From the NCBI GenBank assembly GCA_036785375.1, contig JAWMAR010000169.1, positions 248,001-312,000 on the forward strand: a stretch of DNA of 64,000 nt, in the 5' to 3' direction. Origin of the DNA: Leucoraja ocellata (Eukaryota). A model generated the notes under the pieces. It was not told the DNA's origin. It was given only the letters and a program-made list of their open reading frames with translations, and searched no databases. The translations under genes and the position numbers were made by a program. Of this stretch, positions 62,900 to 64,000 are shown in pieces (position 1 is the stretch's first letter; each line of letters begins with the position of its first letter).

Positions 62900-64000
62900 T
62901 GTAGGAAGGAACTGCAGATGCTGGTTTAAACCGAAGATTTACACAAAATGCTGGAGTAATTCAGTGGGACAGGCAGCATCTCTGGAGAGAAGTAATAGGT
63001 GACATTTCGGGTCGAGACCTTTCTTCAGTCTAGAGTGGGGAAAGTGAAATGAGAGGTATAGATGGTGATGTAGAGAGATATAAAACAAATGAATGAAAAA
63101 TATGCAAAAAAGTAATAATGATAAAGGAAACAGGCCATTGTTAGCTGTTTGCGAAATATGAGATTCTGATCCTCCCATTTTTGTTTAGCCTCACTCTGAC
63201 AATGGGGGTGGCCTTTCCCATTGCCATATTGAAAGGTCAATATGGGAATGGGAAGGGGAATTAAAGTATCCAGCAACCGGGAGACCAGGTAGGTCCAGGC
63301 AGACTGAGCGAAGGTGTTCAGCAAAACAATTGCCGATGTATAAGAGTACACAGCTTGAACAACAAATACAGTAGATGAGGTGGAGGAGGTGCAAGTGATC
63401 CTCTGCCTAACCTGAAAGGACTGTCGGGGTCCCTGGACAGAGTCAAGAGAGGAGGTATAGCGACAGGTGTTGCATCTCCTGCGGATGCAGGGGGAGGTAC
63501 CTGGGGATCAGTGGTTTAGTTGGGAAGGGGTGAGTTAACCAGGGAATTGCAGAGGGAACGGTCTTTGTGGAAGGCACAAAGGGCAGATGGTGAATGGGAA
63601 GATGTGACTAATGGTGGGATCCCTTTGGAGGTGGTGAAAATGTTGGAGGATTATGTGTTGTATGCGACGGCTGATGTGGTGAAAGGTAAGGACTAGGGGT
63701 CCCTGGTTCCACTAGCAGGAGGGGGAGCAAGGGCGGAGCTGCAGGGTACTGAGGAGACATGAGTGAGGGCATCATCTATGATGGAAGATGGGAACCCTTG
63801 TTTCTTAAAGAATTAGGACATCGTGGATGTTCTAGTATGGAACTCCTTATCGTGGGAACAGCGCGGGGTAGATGGAGGAATTGGGAGCAGGGGATAGAGT
63901 CTTTGTAGGAAGTAGGGTGGGAAGAAGTGTAGTCGAGATAGTTGTGGGAGTCAGTGGGTATGTAATAGACGTCAGTCGATAGTCTATCTCCTGTGATGGA
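62900..64000 (-). mobile_element. Penelope-like element 3' part (degenerate GIY-YIG, pLTR), running off the window
   Basis: Homologous to ~49430-50540. LIYCICCSSCVLLYIG remnant. The pLTR carries CTGAAGAAAGGTCTCGACCCGAAATGTC. Confidence 0.85.

Overview
Eukaryotic, vertebrate-type non-coding DNA, most likely from a cartilaginous fish. This is inferred from HER1-like CR1 LINEs, HE1/V-SINE-like SINEs and a SacSINE1/DeuSINE-like relic; the species cannot be determined. No host protein-coding exon could be recognised, so the window is probably intergenic or inside a very long intron. Every recognisable ORF belongs to a mostly decayed transposon: Gypsy integrase plus 3' LTR, CR1, L1/Tx1, RTE, Rex1/Babar and Crack/L2-type LINEs, Penelope RT/GIY-YIG elements and a DIRS1-like tyrosine-recombinase element. 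The most notable non-coding structures are: (i) Penelope-derived mini-elements carrying a hammerhead-ribozyme core, often as inverted pairs with 11-14 bp TSDs; (ii) two non-autonomous Helitrons with the same ends but different minisatellite cargo; (iii) a ~1.47 kb non-coding foldback element; (iv) a ~3.5 kb DIRS relic with intact ITR/ICR geometry; (v) a MITE family sharing TIRs; (vi) a candidate recursive splice site with an RS-exon. All family assignments come from motif recognition by eye, not from database searches, and boundaries of decayed copies are approximate.
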